From IMG/VR virus record IMGVR_UViG_2896607866_000010: a DNA stretch of 29,033 bases. One strand, written 5' to 3'. Positions 19,450 through 28,455 of this stretch are shown here, piece after piece (position 1 is the stretch's first letter; each line of letters opens with the position of its first letter). The notes beneath the pieces are model-generated. The model was not told the DNA's origin and made no database searches. It saw nothing but the letters and a program-made list of their open reading frames with translations. The DNA is from a virus (Duplodnaviria; Heunggongvirae; Uroviricota; Caudoviricetes). A program made the translations under genes and the position numbers.

Positions 19450-19872
19450 TCACAGTATCGCCTCCTGAAAATTACCCTGATAGAAAGCCAGTACACGCTG
19501 CATAGCTTCGCTCTTCCGGCACTCGCGACAGATTATATTCAGGCGCCTGTCGTAGCGGCGTATTTCTCCGTCAGGTAATGACCAGATAAGGTCCGGATCA
19601 ACAACAACCGGTTTCCTCACCTTTACTCTCGAGAGTTTTTTGCGGGCGCTTTGCCAGTCCTTGCGAGCCTGTTCAGACGGGAATAAGCCGTAGCCAGAAT
19701 TATATACATCACCACTTGCGACCAGTTCTATGCATAAGCGACCGACAGACGCACGACTGATACCTGTTTCATCGGACAACTGCCGAATCGTGACCCGACC
19801 GTCCTGATGCACGAGTTCCACAATTCGCGTCTTCAGTTCTTCCCGCTGTTCGGGAGTAAAAGGTTTCGCCAT
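19450..19872 (-). CDS. hypothetical winged-helix/HTH protein (possibly YdaW/DUF977-like)
   Basis: 140-aa ORF with strong SD CAGGAGG; N-terminal segment VTIRQLSDETGISRASVGRL has an HTH pattern; located directly after the DnaC-like gene. Confidence 0.45.
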   Translation of the reverse strand: MAKPFTPEQREELKTRIVELVHQDGRVTIRQLSDETGISRASVGRLCIELVASGDVYNSGYGLFPSEQARKDWQSARKKLSRVKVRKPVVVDPDLIWSLPDGEIRRYDRRLNIICRECRKSEAMQRVLAFYQGNFQEAIL

Positions 19873-19886
19873 AAATCCTCCTGAAA

Positions 19887-20633
19887 CTACTTAACAACCC
19901 TCGAATGGCTAACATTCGGACGCCAGCTCTCCCAGTTAAAATTCACCCAGCGCCCGCCGTTCATGACCATGCGATCCATCACCCGCTCGCCGAGCAATGT
20001 TTTCATCACCTCATAGTTCAGGTTTGTCAGCATCCCCACGCTGCGCATCGACGCTGTCCGGCGATCAACAATCTGGTGCAGCACCACCTGCTCGTTTTTC
20101 GTCTCGCGCTGAATGCCAATTTCATCAAGAACCAGCAGATCCACTTCGCACAGCTCCCGCAAAAATTTTTCGCCTGACTGCCCGTCGTCATAGCTGGCGT
20201 GCAGGGCGCTCATAACATCAGCCACGGTAACCACAATCACTGTCTGACCGTCTTTCAGCAGGCGATTCCCGATAGCTGCCGCTAAGTGATTCTTCCCGGT
20301 ACCAGGTTTTCCGCTGAACGCAAAATTTGTACACCCGGTCATCAGTTCATCGGCGATGGATTTCGCCTGGCTTAACGCGTATCGCTGGCCGTCGTTCTGC
20401 ACCTGGTAATTCGCAAACGAGCATTTACGGTGCAACGGCTGGATGCCTGAGCGATTCAGAATTTTTTCCACCCGCAACTGGCGATTCAGGCGGTTGATCT
20501 CCTCGCTACGTTTCTGGCCTTCAGCAAGTTGCCACTCGCGCCACTCCGCTACCGTTCTGAATGGGGCGGTTACATGTGGCGGGGTCAGTCGGCGGATGCG
20601 TTCCAAAACGCCGCCTGTCGCAATATTTTTCAT
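19887..20633 (-). CDS. DnaC-like replication protein / helicase loader (Rac YdaV-like AAA+ ATPase)
   Basis: 248-aa ORF with Walker A (GKPGTGKNHLAAA) and Walker B (LLVLDEIG) motifs. Confidence 0.75.
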   Translation of the reverse strand: MKNIATGGVLERIRRLTPPHVTAPFRTVAEWREWQLAEGQKRSEEINRLNRQLRVEKILNRSGIQPLHRKCSFANYQVQNDGQRYALSQAKSIADELMTGCTNFAFSGKPGTGKNHLAAAIGNRLLKDGQTVIVVTVADVMSALHASYDDGQSGEKFLRELCEVDLLVLDEIGIQRETKNEQVVLHQIVDRRTASMRSVGMLTNLNYEVMKTLLGERVMDRMVMNGGRWVNFNWESWRPNVSHSRVVK

Positions 20634-20639
20634 GGTCCG

Positions 20640-20960
20640 TTACCCCCTGAAGCCTGGCGGGATCGCACTGTCCGGCAACGAGACGGTGTTAACCTGTCGG
20701 AGCAACGTCTCAGGCCGAACACCTTTCGGCGCGAACAGGCCCTGGTATTCATTGGCGATGCTGTGTCGAATCACCTGCTCAGGTGTAAAACCCTGCTGAC
20801 GGAATTTTTCCAGTTCCCGTATCGCCCCGTTAGCGCCCTGCTCCGTTCGAATCGGTTTTCGCAATGCCTGTCTGAACCGGACCCACTCATGCCAGAGTGT
20901 TTCCGGCAACCAATCGGGCAGCTCAATAGCCTCCGGCTCGAATTTTTTAGACGCTCGTTT
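20640..20960 (-). pseudogene. YdaU-like replication protein, C-terminal fragment (gene split by IS911 copy 2)
   Basis: Open frame from the IS911 left junction to the TAA at 20640; in frame with the N-terminal fragment when the IS plus 3 bp are removed. Confidence 0.55.
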
Positions 20961-21032
20961 TGAAGTGGCACACTGAATTTGGCCACCTGAACAGAGGTGA
21001 TATGCTCACCTCAGAACAACACAGGTGCTCCA

Positions 21033-22201
<1,169 letters not shown>

Positions 22202-22287
22202 CCACTTCATTTTTGGCGAGGGGGATTTAGGGGGAGATCAGTATTTAGATCTTCCTCTTCCTCTGGTAACGCTTTTTGATCCGTTTG

Positions 22288-22308
22288 TGTAACGCTGGCA
22301 GCGTTACC
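22288..22308. repeat. 21-bp palindrome TGTAACGC-N5-GCGTTAC(C), copy 1
   Basis: Seen directly: gTGTAACGCTGGCAGCGTTACc, inside the ydaU-like N-terminal coding region. Confidence 0.8.
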
Positions 22309-22494
22309 TTTTCGTTTCAGTTCGCGTATTTTTGTTACTCGCTCGTTTGTAACCGCCCGTTTTTTAGAGCTTTTTCCGTTATGACGTTCAAAGTTAGGTA
22401 GAGAAAGCCCACCGTCATTTTCGACCAGCCATCCAACCTGAATTAACGCATCAGCAAAACCAGACATAAAAGTGATGCGATCTATTGCACTTTT

Positions 22495-22515
22495 TGTAAC
22501 GCCGCGAGCGTTACA
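22495..22515. repeat. 21-bp palindrome TGTAACGC-N5-GCGTTACA, copy 2
   Basis: Seen directly: TGTAACGCCGCGAGCGTTACA, inside the ydaU-like coding region. Confidence 0.8.
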
Positions 22516-22686
22516 ATCTGCATTACCGTCTATCATTTGTTGATCCGCCCATGCCCAGAAGCGAATAACCTTCCCTAATGCGGCATCTGGATCAATATTC
22601 AGAATCTCAGCAAGCCTGAATATTTCCGGCTTATCCGGCGTAATAACCTCGAGCTTTATCCAGTTTGAAGCCATTTGTTTTCACCT

Positions 22687-22707
22687 TGTAACGCTCGCAG
22701 CGTTACA
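22687..22707. repeat. 21-bp palindrome TGTAACGC-N5-GCGTTACA, copy 3
   Basis: Seen directly: TGTAACGCTCGCAGCGTTACA, just upstream of the ydaU-like start codon and abutting its SD. Confidence 0.8.
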
Positions 22708-22751
22708 TTTAACTGATACCGAACAAAACAATCCGGCACGATTAATTTCAA

Positions 22752-23174
22752 TCAATGCACTACGACAGAATCGCCGGGCGACCCACCACCGCTGAAATGT
22801 GCTTTCCGGTAAACGGCCTGGACAGCATCATCATGCGCATCAATTGCCGTACTCAACGCTTCCTGCGCCGCCAGTAATGCACGGCGTTCCAGGGTATCGA
22901 AGATACAGAGTCGGTGACGCAGCTCACGCGGAAGAATTGCCAGAACCGCAGGGATCAGTTTCTGAATTTTTTCCCTTTGCGCTTTCGTTTCACCTTTCAA
23001 CCAACGGTGATAGATATTCTGCTGATTGTTCCAGTCCTTGCCTGGTACCAGAGACAATTCGCCGCCCCCCTGCCGCAGATATTCTTCAGTAATTGCGTTA
23101 GCGACCCACGCCTGCCCTTTTTCGGCTGCCAGGGCTAACAGCACTGATTCGATGTGCTCATGCCTGATTTTCAT
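22752..23174 (-). CDS. ydaT: YdaT-like protein (Rac prophage toxin-like)
   Basis: 140-aa ORF MKIRHEHIESVLLALAAEKGQAWVANAITEEYLRQ... resembling E. coli YdaT as recalled; overlaps the ydaS-like 3' end. Confidence 0.6.
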   Translation of the reverse strand: MKIRHEHIESVLLALAAEKGQAWVANAITEEYLRQGGGELSLVPGKDWNNQQNIYHRWLKGETKAQREKIQKLIPAVLAILPRELRHRLCIFDTLERRALLAAQEALSTAIDAHDDAVQAVYRKAHFSGGGSPGDSVVVH

Positions 23175-23385
23175 GAATCACCTTCCCAGGTCGTTTTGCC
23201 TTACGATATTCGTCATAAACTTTGGGGTCGTACTGAAGTTCCCCGCCAGATGCCTCTTGCAGGCGCATCGCGCGACCTTCAGGAACCAGTTCCCCCCATG
23301 CAGCAATGCTTGCCAGCCTAACTCCTGCGGCATTGGCAAGCTTTGTTTTGCTGCCAAAAAACGCTATAGCATCAATTTTCAACAT
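23158..23385 (-). CDS. ydaS: YdaS-like Cro-type HTH protein
   Basis: 75-aa ORF MLKIDAIAFFGSKTKLANAAGVRLASIAAW...; divergent from the repressor gene. Confidence 0.6.
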   Translation of the reverse strand: MLKIDAIAFFGSKTKLANAAGVRLASIAAWGELVPEGRAMRLQEASGGELQYDPKVYDEYRKAKRPGKVIHENQA

Positions 23386-23461
23386 ATCGAGCTCCTTAGA
23401 TTTTCCTAAGGAAACTAGACCGTAGAGAAACCTAAGCCAAGAAAAATTAGAATTCCCTAAT
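23386..23461. promoter_or_regulatory. divergent promoter/operator region between the ydaS-like and racR-like genes
   Basis: 76-bp intergenic region with two inverted copies of a 15-bp motif (CTTAGATTTTCCTAA at 23395-23409; CTTAGGTTTCTCTAC on the minus strand at 23422-23436). Confidence 0.45.
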
Positions 23462-23869
23462 ATGAAAAACGAAACCTTCGGTGCTCGCCTCTTACATAGG
23501 CGTAAAAAATTAAAACTGTCTCAGGCCGCATTAGGTAAGCTGGTCAAAGTGGCTCACGTAACAATTTCTCAATGGGAAAGAGATGAAACACAGCCGGCGG
23601 GGAAAAGATTATTCGCACTGAGCCAAGCGCTTCAGTGCTCACCGACTTGGCTTCTTTTTGGGGATGAAGATAAACAACCAGGCGAACCGATCCCGGATAA
23701 TCAGCCAGCCATTCTGACAGAAGATCAAAAAGAGTTACTTCAACTGTTCGACGCACTGCCTGAGTCAGAGCAAAAGGCCCTGTTGTCAGAGATGCGTGCT
23801 CGAGTTGAAAATTTCAACAAACTTTTTGAAGAACTACTCAAAGCTCGCAAAAGAAGCGCAAACAAATAA
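23462..23869 (+). CDS. racR: prophage repressor, RacR-like (XRE-family HTH)
   Basis: 135-aa ORF; N-terminal HTH (LSQAALGKLVKVAHVTISQWERDETQP); divergent from the ydaS/ydaT-like genes as in the Rac immunity region. Confidence 0.65.
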   Translation: MKNETFGARLLHRRKKLKLSQAALGKLVKVAHVTISQWERDETQPAGKRLFALSQALQCSPTWLLFGDEDKQPGEPIPDNQPAILTEDQKELLQLFDALPESEQKALLSEMRARVENFNKLFEELLKARKRSANK

Positions 23870-23941
23870 TCCCCTTTTTTCTCCACACCCTGTAATAAAA
23901 AGCACAAACTTTCAAACACTTGTGTTTTTTACATCAAAAAA

Positions 23942-23992
23942 CTTAGGTTTTTCTACACAAAAATCTTGACCGCCCTCCTTAGGTTATTCTAA
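23942..23992 (+). promoter_or_regulatory. two direct copies of the 15-bp operator-like motif with a candidate promoter, downstream of racR
   Basis: CTTAGGTTTTTCTAC (23942-23956) and CTTAGGTTATTCTAA (23978-23992); TTGACC at 23966-23971 lies between them. Confidence 0.4.
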
Positions 23993-24071
23993 ATTTCATT
24001 CATCAAGACACCGCACGGTGTTCTCAGCAAACAGTTCCGCTACCCCGGCGTTAAGGGGAAATGGGGTCAAC

Positions 24072-24227
24072 ATGAATACTATCGATCTTGGCAACAACGA
24101 ATCTCTGGTGTACGGCGTGTTCCCCAACCAGGACGGCACATTCACCGCCATGACGTATACCAAAAGCAAAACGTTTAAAACCGAAGCTGGCGCACGTCGT
24201 TGGTTGGGAAGACATTCAGGTGAGTAA
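24072..24227 (+). CDS. small Rac-region protein, YdaF-like (DUF1391), tentative
   Basis: 51-aa product MNTIDLGNNESLVYGVFPNQDGTFTAMTYTKSKTF... with SD AAGGGGAAA. Confidence 0.4.
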   Translation: MNTIDLGNNESLVYGVFPNQDGTFTAMTYTKSKTFKTEAGARRWLGRHSGE

Positions 24228-24228
24228 A

Positions 24229-24432
24229 ATGAACGAGACAGAATTAAAACACGTTATCGCTCTACTCCTAGAAGATGCAAAACGCCTCCAGCAACTGGAG
24301 CCAAATGCAGGCACTGGGGCACGCATCTGGCTGGCTAAAGAAGCGCTGGAATCTGGCGATTATGATAGCGAAGAAGCCTTCTACAAAGCAGAAGGCCGTG
24401 CAGGATATTCACCGGGTCTTGGCGGGGTATAA
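24229..24432 (+). CDS. hypothetical small protein
   Basis: 67-aa ORF MNETELKHVIALLLEDAKRLQQ... with SD AGGTGAG; start overlaps the upstream stop. Confidence 0.3.
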   Translation: MNETELKHVIALLLEDAKRLQQLEPNAGTGARIWLAKEALESGDYDSEEAFYKAEGRAGYSPGLGGV

Positions 24433-24662
24433 ATACCATGCGCATTGACTGAATTCGCAAACAAAAACAGACGCGCGATACCCGGATAGTCGGTCTGCAT
24501 AGTCAGATATCTGGCTGCGAATTTGATAAATATCACCGCCCTTTTCGGAAACATAAGTTCCGTCCGGGAGTTGATTATACGAACCATCTCCATGGGGGAT
24601 CGTTCTCCTGAATCCTAGTGAGAGCATATATTTATGAAGCCCTTCGTAATCCTCTGGCTCAG
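24409..24662 (-). pseudogene. C-terminal fragment of a small gene split by IS2 copy 2
   Basis: The frame continues from the IS2 junction (...PEDYEGLHKYMLSLGFRRTIPHGDG...) to the stop at 24409; in frame with the N-terminal fragment at 25994-26035. Confidence 0.5.
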
Positions 24663-24673
24663 TGGATTTGCCC

Positions 24674-25579
24674 CTATATTTCCAGACATCTGTTATCACT
24701 TAACCCATTACAAGCCCGCTGCCGCAGATATTCCCGTGGCGAGCGATAACCCAGCGCACTATGCGGATGCCATTCGTTATAATACTCGAACGCCTCTGCA
24801 AGGTTCTTTGCTGCCGTTAACCCGTCTGGTTTGGGCATGATACTGATGTAGTCACGCTTTATCGTTTTCACGAAGCTCTCTGCTATTCCGTTACTCTCCG
24901 GACTCCGCACCGCCGTGTTCTTCGGTTCAAGTCCCAACATCCGGGCGAACTGGCGTGTTTCATTAGCCCGGTAGCATGAACCATTATCCGTCAGCCACTC
25001 CACTGGAGACGACGGAAGATCGTTGCCGAAGCGGCGTTCCACCGCTCCCAGCATGACGTCCTGTACTGTTTCACTGTTGAAGCCGCCGGTAGTCACCGCC
25101 CAGTGCAGTGCCTCACGATCACAGCAGTCCAGCGCGAACGTGACACGCAGTCTCTCTCCGTTATCACAGCAGAACTCGAACCCGTCAGAGCACCATCGCT
25201 GATTGCTTTCTTTCACGGCCACTCTGCCTGTATGTGCCCGTTTCGATGGCGGTACAGCAGGTTTTCGCTCAAGCAACAGCGCATTCTGGCGCATGATCCG
25301 GTAAACACGTTTGGCATTGATCGCAGGCATACCATCAAGTTCTGCCTGTCTGCGAAGCAGCGCCCATACCCGACGATAACCATACGTGGGCAGCTCTCCG
25401 ATAACATGGTGTATACGGAGAAGCACATCCGTATCATCAGTGTGACGACTGCGGCGGCCATCCATCCAGTCATCGGTTCGTCTGAGAATGACGTGCAACT
25501 GCGCACGCGACACCCGGAGACAACGGCTGACTAAGCTTACTCCCCATCCCCGGGCAATAAGGGCGCGTGCGCTATCCAC
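24674..25579 (-). CDS. insD: IS2 transposase OrfB (InsD), copy 2
   Basis: 301-aa ORF, one amino-acid difference from copy 1 (H to Y near the C-terminus). Confidence 0.9.
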
Positions 25580-25902
25580 TTTTTTGCCCGTCCATATTCA
25601 ACGGCTTCTTTGAGGAGTTCATTTTCCATCGTTTTCTTGCCGAGCAGGCGCTGGAGTTCTTTAATCTGCTTCATGGCGGCAGCAAGTTCAGAGGCAGGAA
25701 CAACCTGTTCTCCGGCGGCCACAGCAGTAAGACTTCCTTCCTGGTATTGCTTACGCCAGAGAAATAACTGGCTGGCTGCTACACCATGTTGCCGGGCAAC
25801 GAGGGAGACCGTCATCCCCGGTTCAAAGCTCTGCTGAACAATTGCGATCTTTTCCTGTGTGGTACGCCGTCTGCGTTTCTCCGGCCCTAAGACATCAATC
25901 AT
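25537..25902 (-). CDS. insC: IS2 transposase OrfA (InsC), copy 2
   Basis: Identical product to the copy 1 InsC. Confidence 0.85.
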
Positions 25903-25993
25903 CTGTTCTCCAATGACTAGTCTAAAAACTAGTATTAAGACTATCACTTAAATAAGTGATACTGGTTGTCTGGAGATTCAGAGGGCCAGTCTA

Positions 25994-26035
25994 CTCAGCA
26001 TTATATAGTTCTACTCTGGCGAGATACGTTGGCAT
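25994..26035 (-). pseudogene. N-terminal fragment (MPTYLARVELYNAE) of the gene split by IS2 copy 2
   Basis: ATG at 26035 preceded by AAGGAA; exactly in frame with the C-terminal fragment after removing IS2 plus one CTCAG copy. Confidence 0.45.
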
Positions 26036-26449
26036 ATTCATTTCCTTACTGGTTGTGTGAGAACTTCAGTAAAGATACCACCAAAGCCCGGAGGTGGTGA
26101 AATAAAACCGGGCACAACACGAAGGCGCATTTCCGGTATCCATAAAGAGTCGGTCTTGTCTGTGAAATTTAAATGGTGGGAGTGCGCTTCCGGTTGTAAA
26201 TAACGACATTGCTGTGTGAAGTACCAGTTGGCGGCATCGGTTTAATTGCTGGCTGATGTCCGCCCTTTTTAAAGTGAATTTTGTGATGCGGTGAATGCGG
26301 CTATGCGCACGCGGCACAGTTAAAAGTCATGTTAGTCCTTATTGGTTTGGGTGGGAAAGCCAACTGTAATTGTTAACTGGTTAACGTCACCTGGAGGCAC
26401 CAGGCACCGCATCAACAAAGTTCACTTCGGTGATGAAAGGAAAGAGAAA

Positions 26450-27298
26450 ATGTTGAATGTAGCTATTGAAAACCAGAACGGGTGGAATTATAGTGCACCT
26501 GCACCTCATAAAACGGGTGCCGGGATTGCTACCCCGACGATGACTACTGCGCATAACCGCGCTCAGGCGGTTTTTTTATGCGTCAAGCACAGCCACATTC
26601 AGATTATGGTGGGGCGTGCAGGGCAGCCGCAAGGCTGGCCGGTTTCGGTAGTCACCGGTTGTAGCAACCCTGTGCGTCTCACCACCCATGAGATTGCTAC
26701 CTCTGGTGGTGAGTTATTTAAACTGACTATCGAGGCTGCCATCATGGCTACTATCCTTACCCTTTCTCACCCTGACGTAACCATCGAAAATGGTCGCGCT
26801 GTCACTACGTCTGTTGCGGTTGCGGAGTTCTTCCGGAAAATGCACAAAAACGTTATTCAGAAGATCGAAACTCTCGAATGCTCGCCGGAGTTTAACCGGC
26901 TTAATTTTAAGCCCGTCACCTATACCGACGCCAAAGGCGAAAAACGCCCAATGTACCAAATCACCAAAAACGGCTTCGTTTTCCTGGTGATGGGCTTCAC
27001 TGGCAAAAAAGCCGCCGCATTCAAGGAAGCCTACATTGCTGAGTTCGACCGCATGGAGGCCGAACTGCGCCAGAATAACACCCCACCTGCTGACAAGATG
27101 ATTCCGGGTGATGGTCGCACTCTGGTTGTTCACTTCGACAAATTCGGCAATGTCGAATTCACCGAAACCGTTCCTGATGGCGCACTGGTCTGTACCCTGG
27201 AGACTTTCCGGTTTTATCTGGAAAAACAGGGATGGACTCTTGTTAACCGGGGCGCAATTAAAAATATGACTGTGGAACAATTACTTTCTTTAAAATAA
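26450..27298 (+). CDS. Rha-family phage regulatory protein with an N-terminal extension
   Basis: SD AAAGGAAAGAG before ATG 26450; Rha-like region from about 26744 (internal ATG with GAGG SD), e.g. AVTTSVAVAEFFRKMHKNVIQKIETL; whether there is one fused ORF or two genes is unresolved. Confidence 0.5.
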   Translation: MLNVAIENQNGWNYSAPAPHKTGAGIATPTMTTAHNRAQAVFLCVKHSHIQIMVGRAGQPQGWPVSVVTGCSNPVRLTTHEIATSGGELFKLTIEAAIMATILTLSHPDVTIENGRAVTTSVAVAEFFRKMHKNVIQKIETLECSPEFNRLNFKPVTYTDAKGEKRPMYQITKNGFVFLVMGFTGKKAAAFKEAYIAEFDRMEAELRQNNTPPADKMIPGDGRTLVVHFDKFGNVEFTETVPDGALVCTLETFRFYLEKQGWTLVNRGAIKNMTVEQLLSLK

Positions 27299-27314
27299 AA
27301 ATGGAGCTACGGAT

Positions 27315-27596
27315 ATGAACCCTATGCTTGATTATTGTTTTACCTCTGCACCTCAGCAGACCATAACACACACCGGAATCAAAAATTTGTTATGGATAAT
27401 CAAAAAAACCCTCCAGCAGAAAGGTGATCCCGATTTAATTCCCTGTGCTTATGGCCTGTGTGACAGACAAGTAAGCCCTGATAAGGCTTACACTGCTGAA
27501 CTTATTTACATGCACGGAACCATGATGAGGAAAAAGAAACGCAAATATTGTAGTGAAATCTGCGCCGAAAAAGACCAGATGGCACACGAACTTTAA
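27315..27596 (+). CDS. hypothetical small Cys-rich protein
   Basis: 93-aa ORF with GGAG SD, following the Rha gene; five Cys residues. Confidence 0.3.
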   Translation: MNPMLDYCFTSAPQQTITHTGIKNLLWIIKKTLQQKGDPDLIPCAYGLCDRQVSPDKAYTAELIYMHGTMMRKKKRKYCSEICAEKDQMAHEL

Positions 27597-27702
27597 TTAA
27601 CTGACTATTCGAAACTGAATTTATGCCAGCAATGGCAGGGATTCGCTCAACCTTAATTAAGGAGAAAAACATGAACACCAATTATGAGGTAATGACTCCA
27701 AC

Positions 27703-28206
27703 TTACTGATAGTGTTTTATGTTCAGATAATGCCCGATGACCTTGTCATGCAGCTCCACCGATTTTGAGAACGACAGTGACTTCCGTACCAGCCTTGCCA
27801 GATGTTGTCTCAGATTCAGATTATGTCGCTCAATGCGCTGAGTGTAACGCTTGCTGATAACGTGCAGCTTTCCCTTCAGGCGTGATTCATACAGCGGCCA
27901 GCCATCCGTCATCCATACCACGACCTCAAAGGCCGACAGCAGGCTCAGAAGACGCTCCAGTGTGGCCAGAGTGCGTTCACCGAAGACGTGCGCCACAACC
28001 GTCCTCCGTATCCTGTCATACGCGTAAAACAGCCAGCGCTGACGTGATTTAGCACCGACGTAGCCCCAATGTTCGTCCATTTCAGCGCAGACAATCACAT
28101 CACTGCCCGGTTGTATGCGCGAGGTTACCGACTGCGGCCTGAGTTTTTTAAGTGACGTAAAACCGTGTTGAGGCCAACGCCCATAATGCGTGCACTGGCG
28201 CGACAT
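27703..28206 (-). CDS. insB: IS1 InsB (transposase C-terminal part)
   Basis: 167-aa ORF matching IS1 InsB as recalled. Confidence 0.9.
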   Translation of the reverse strand: MSRQCTHYGRWPQHGFTSLKKLRPQSVTSRIQPGSDVIVCAEMDEHWGYVGAKSRQRWLFYAYDRIRRTVVAHVFGERTLATLERLLSLLSAFEVVVWMTDGWPLYESRLKGKLHVISKRYTQRIERHNLNLRQHLARLVRKSLSFSKSVELHDKVIGHYLNIKHYQ

Positions 28207-28400
28207 CCGACGCCATTCATGGCCATATCAATGATTTTCTGGTGCGTACCGGGCTGAGAGGCGGTGTAAGTGAACTGTAGTTGCCATGTTTTACGGCAAT
28301 GAGAGCAGAGATAGCGCTGATGTCCGGCAGTGCTTTTGCCGTTACGCACCACGCCTTCAGTAGCGGAGCAGGAAGGACATCTGATGGAAATGGAAGCCAC
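28125..28400 (-). CDS. insA: IS1 InsA
   Basis: 91-aa zinc-finger protein (CPSC...CSHC); GTG start. Confidence 0.85.
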   Translation of the reverse strand: MASISIRCPSCSATEGVVRNGKSTAGHQRYLCSHCRKTWQLQFTYTASQPGTHQKIIDMAMNGVGCRASARIMGVGLNTVLRHLKNSGRSR

Positions 28401-28455
28401 GCAAGCACCTTAAAATCACCATCATACACTAAATCAGTAAGTTGGCAGCATTACC

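Larger units (their letters stand above)
22210..22674 (-). pseudogene. YdaU-like replication protein, N-terminal fragment (interrupted by IS911 copy 2)
   Basis: ATG 22674 with SD AAGGTGA; product MASNWIKLEVITPDKPEIF...; the frame ends in a stop supplied by the IS end. Confidence 0.55.
24663..25993 (-). mobile_element. IS2, copy 2, 1331 bp with 5-bp target-site duplication CTCAG
   Basis: Same ends as copy 1 (a few substitutions); CTCAG at 24658-24662 and 25994-25998. Confidence 0.9.
27688..28455 (-). mobile_element. IS1, complete 768-bp copy, without target-site duplication
   Basis: Ends GGTAATGACTCC... and ...GGCAGCATTACC; insA/insB inside; the 9 bp on either side differ (caattatga vs gtcttgccg). 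Confidence 0.9.

Noticed and set aside
26066-26317. 83-aa minus-strand ORF upstream of the IS2-disrupted small gene
   Set aside because: Ends in a stop before the real start at 26035/26041, has no SD and no protein-like composition; more likely promoter or leader sequence.
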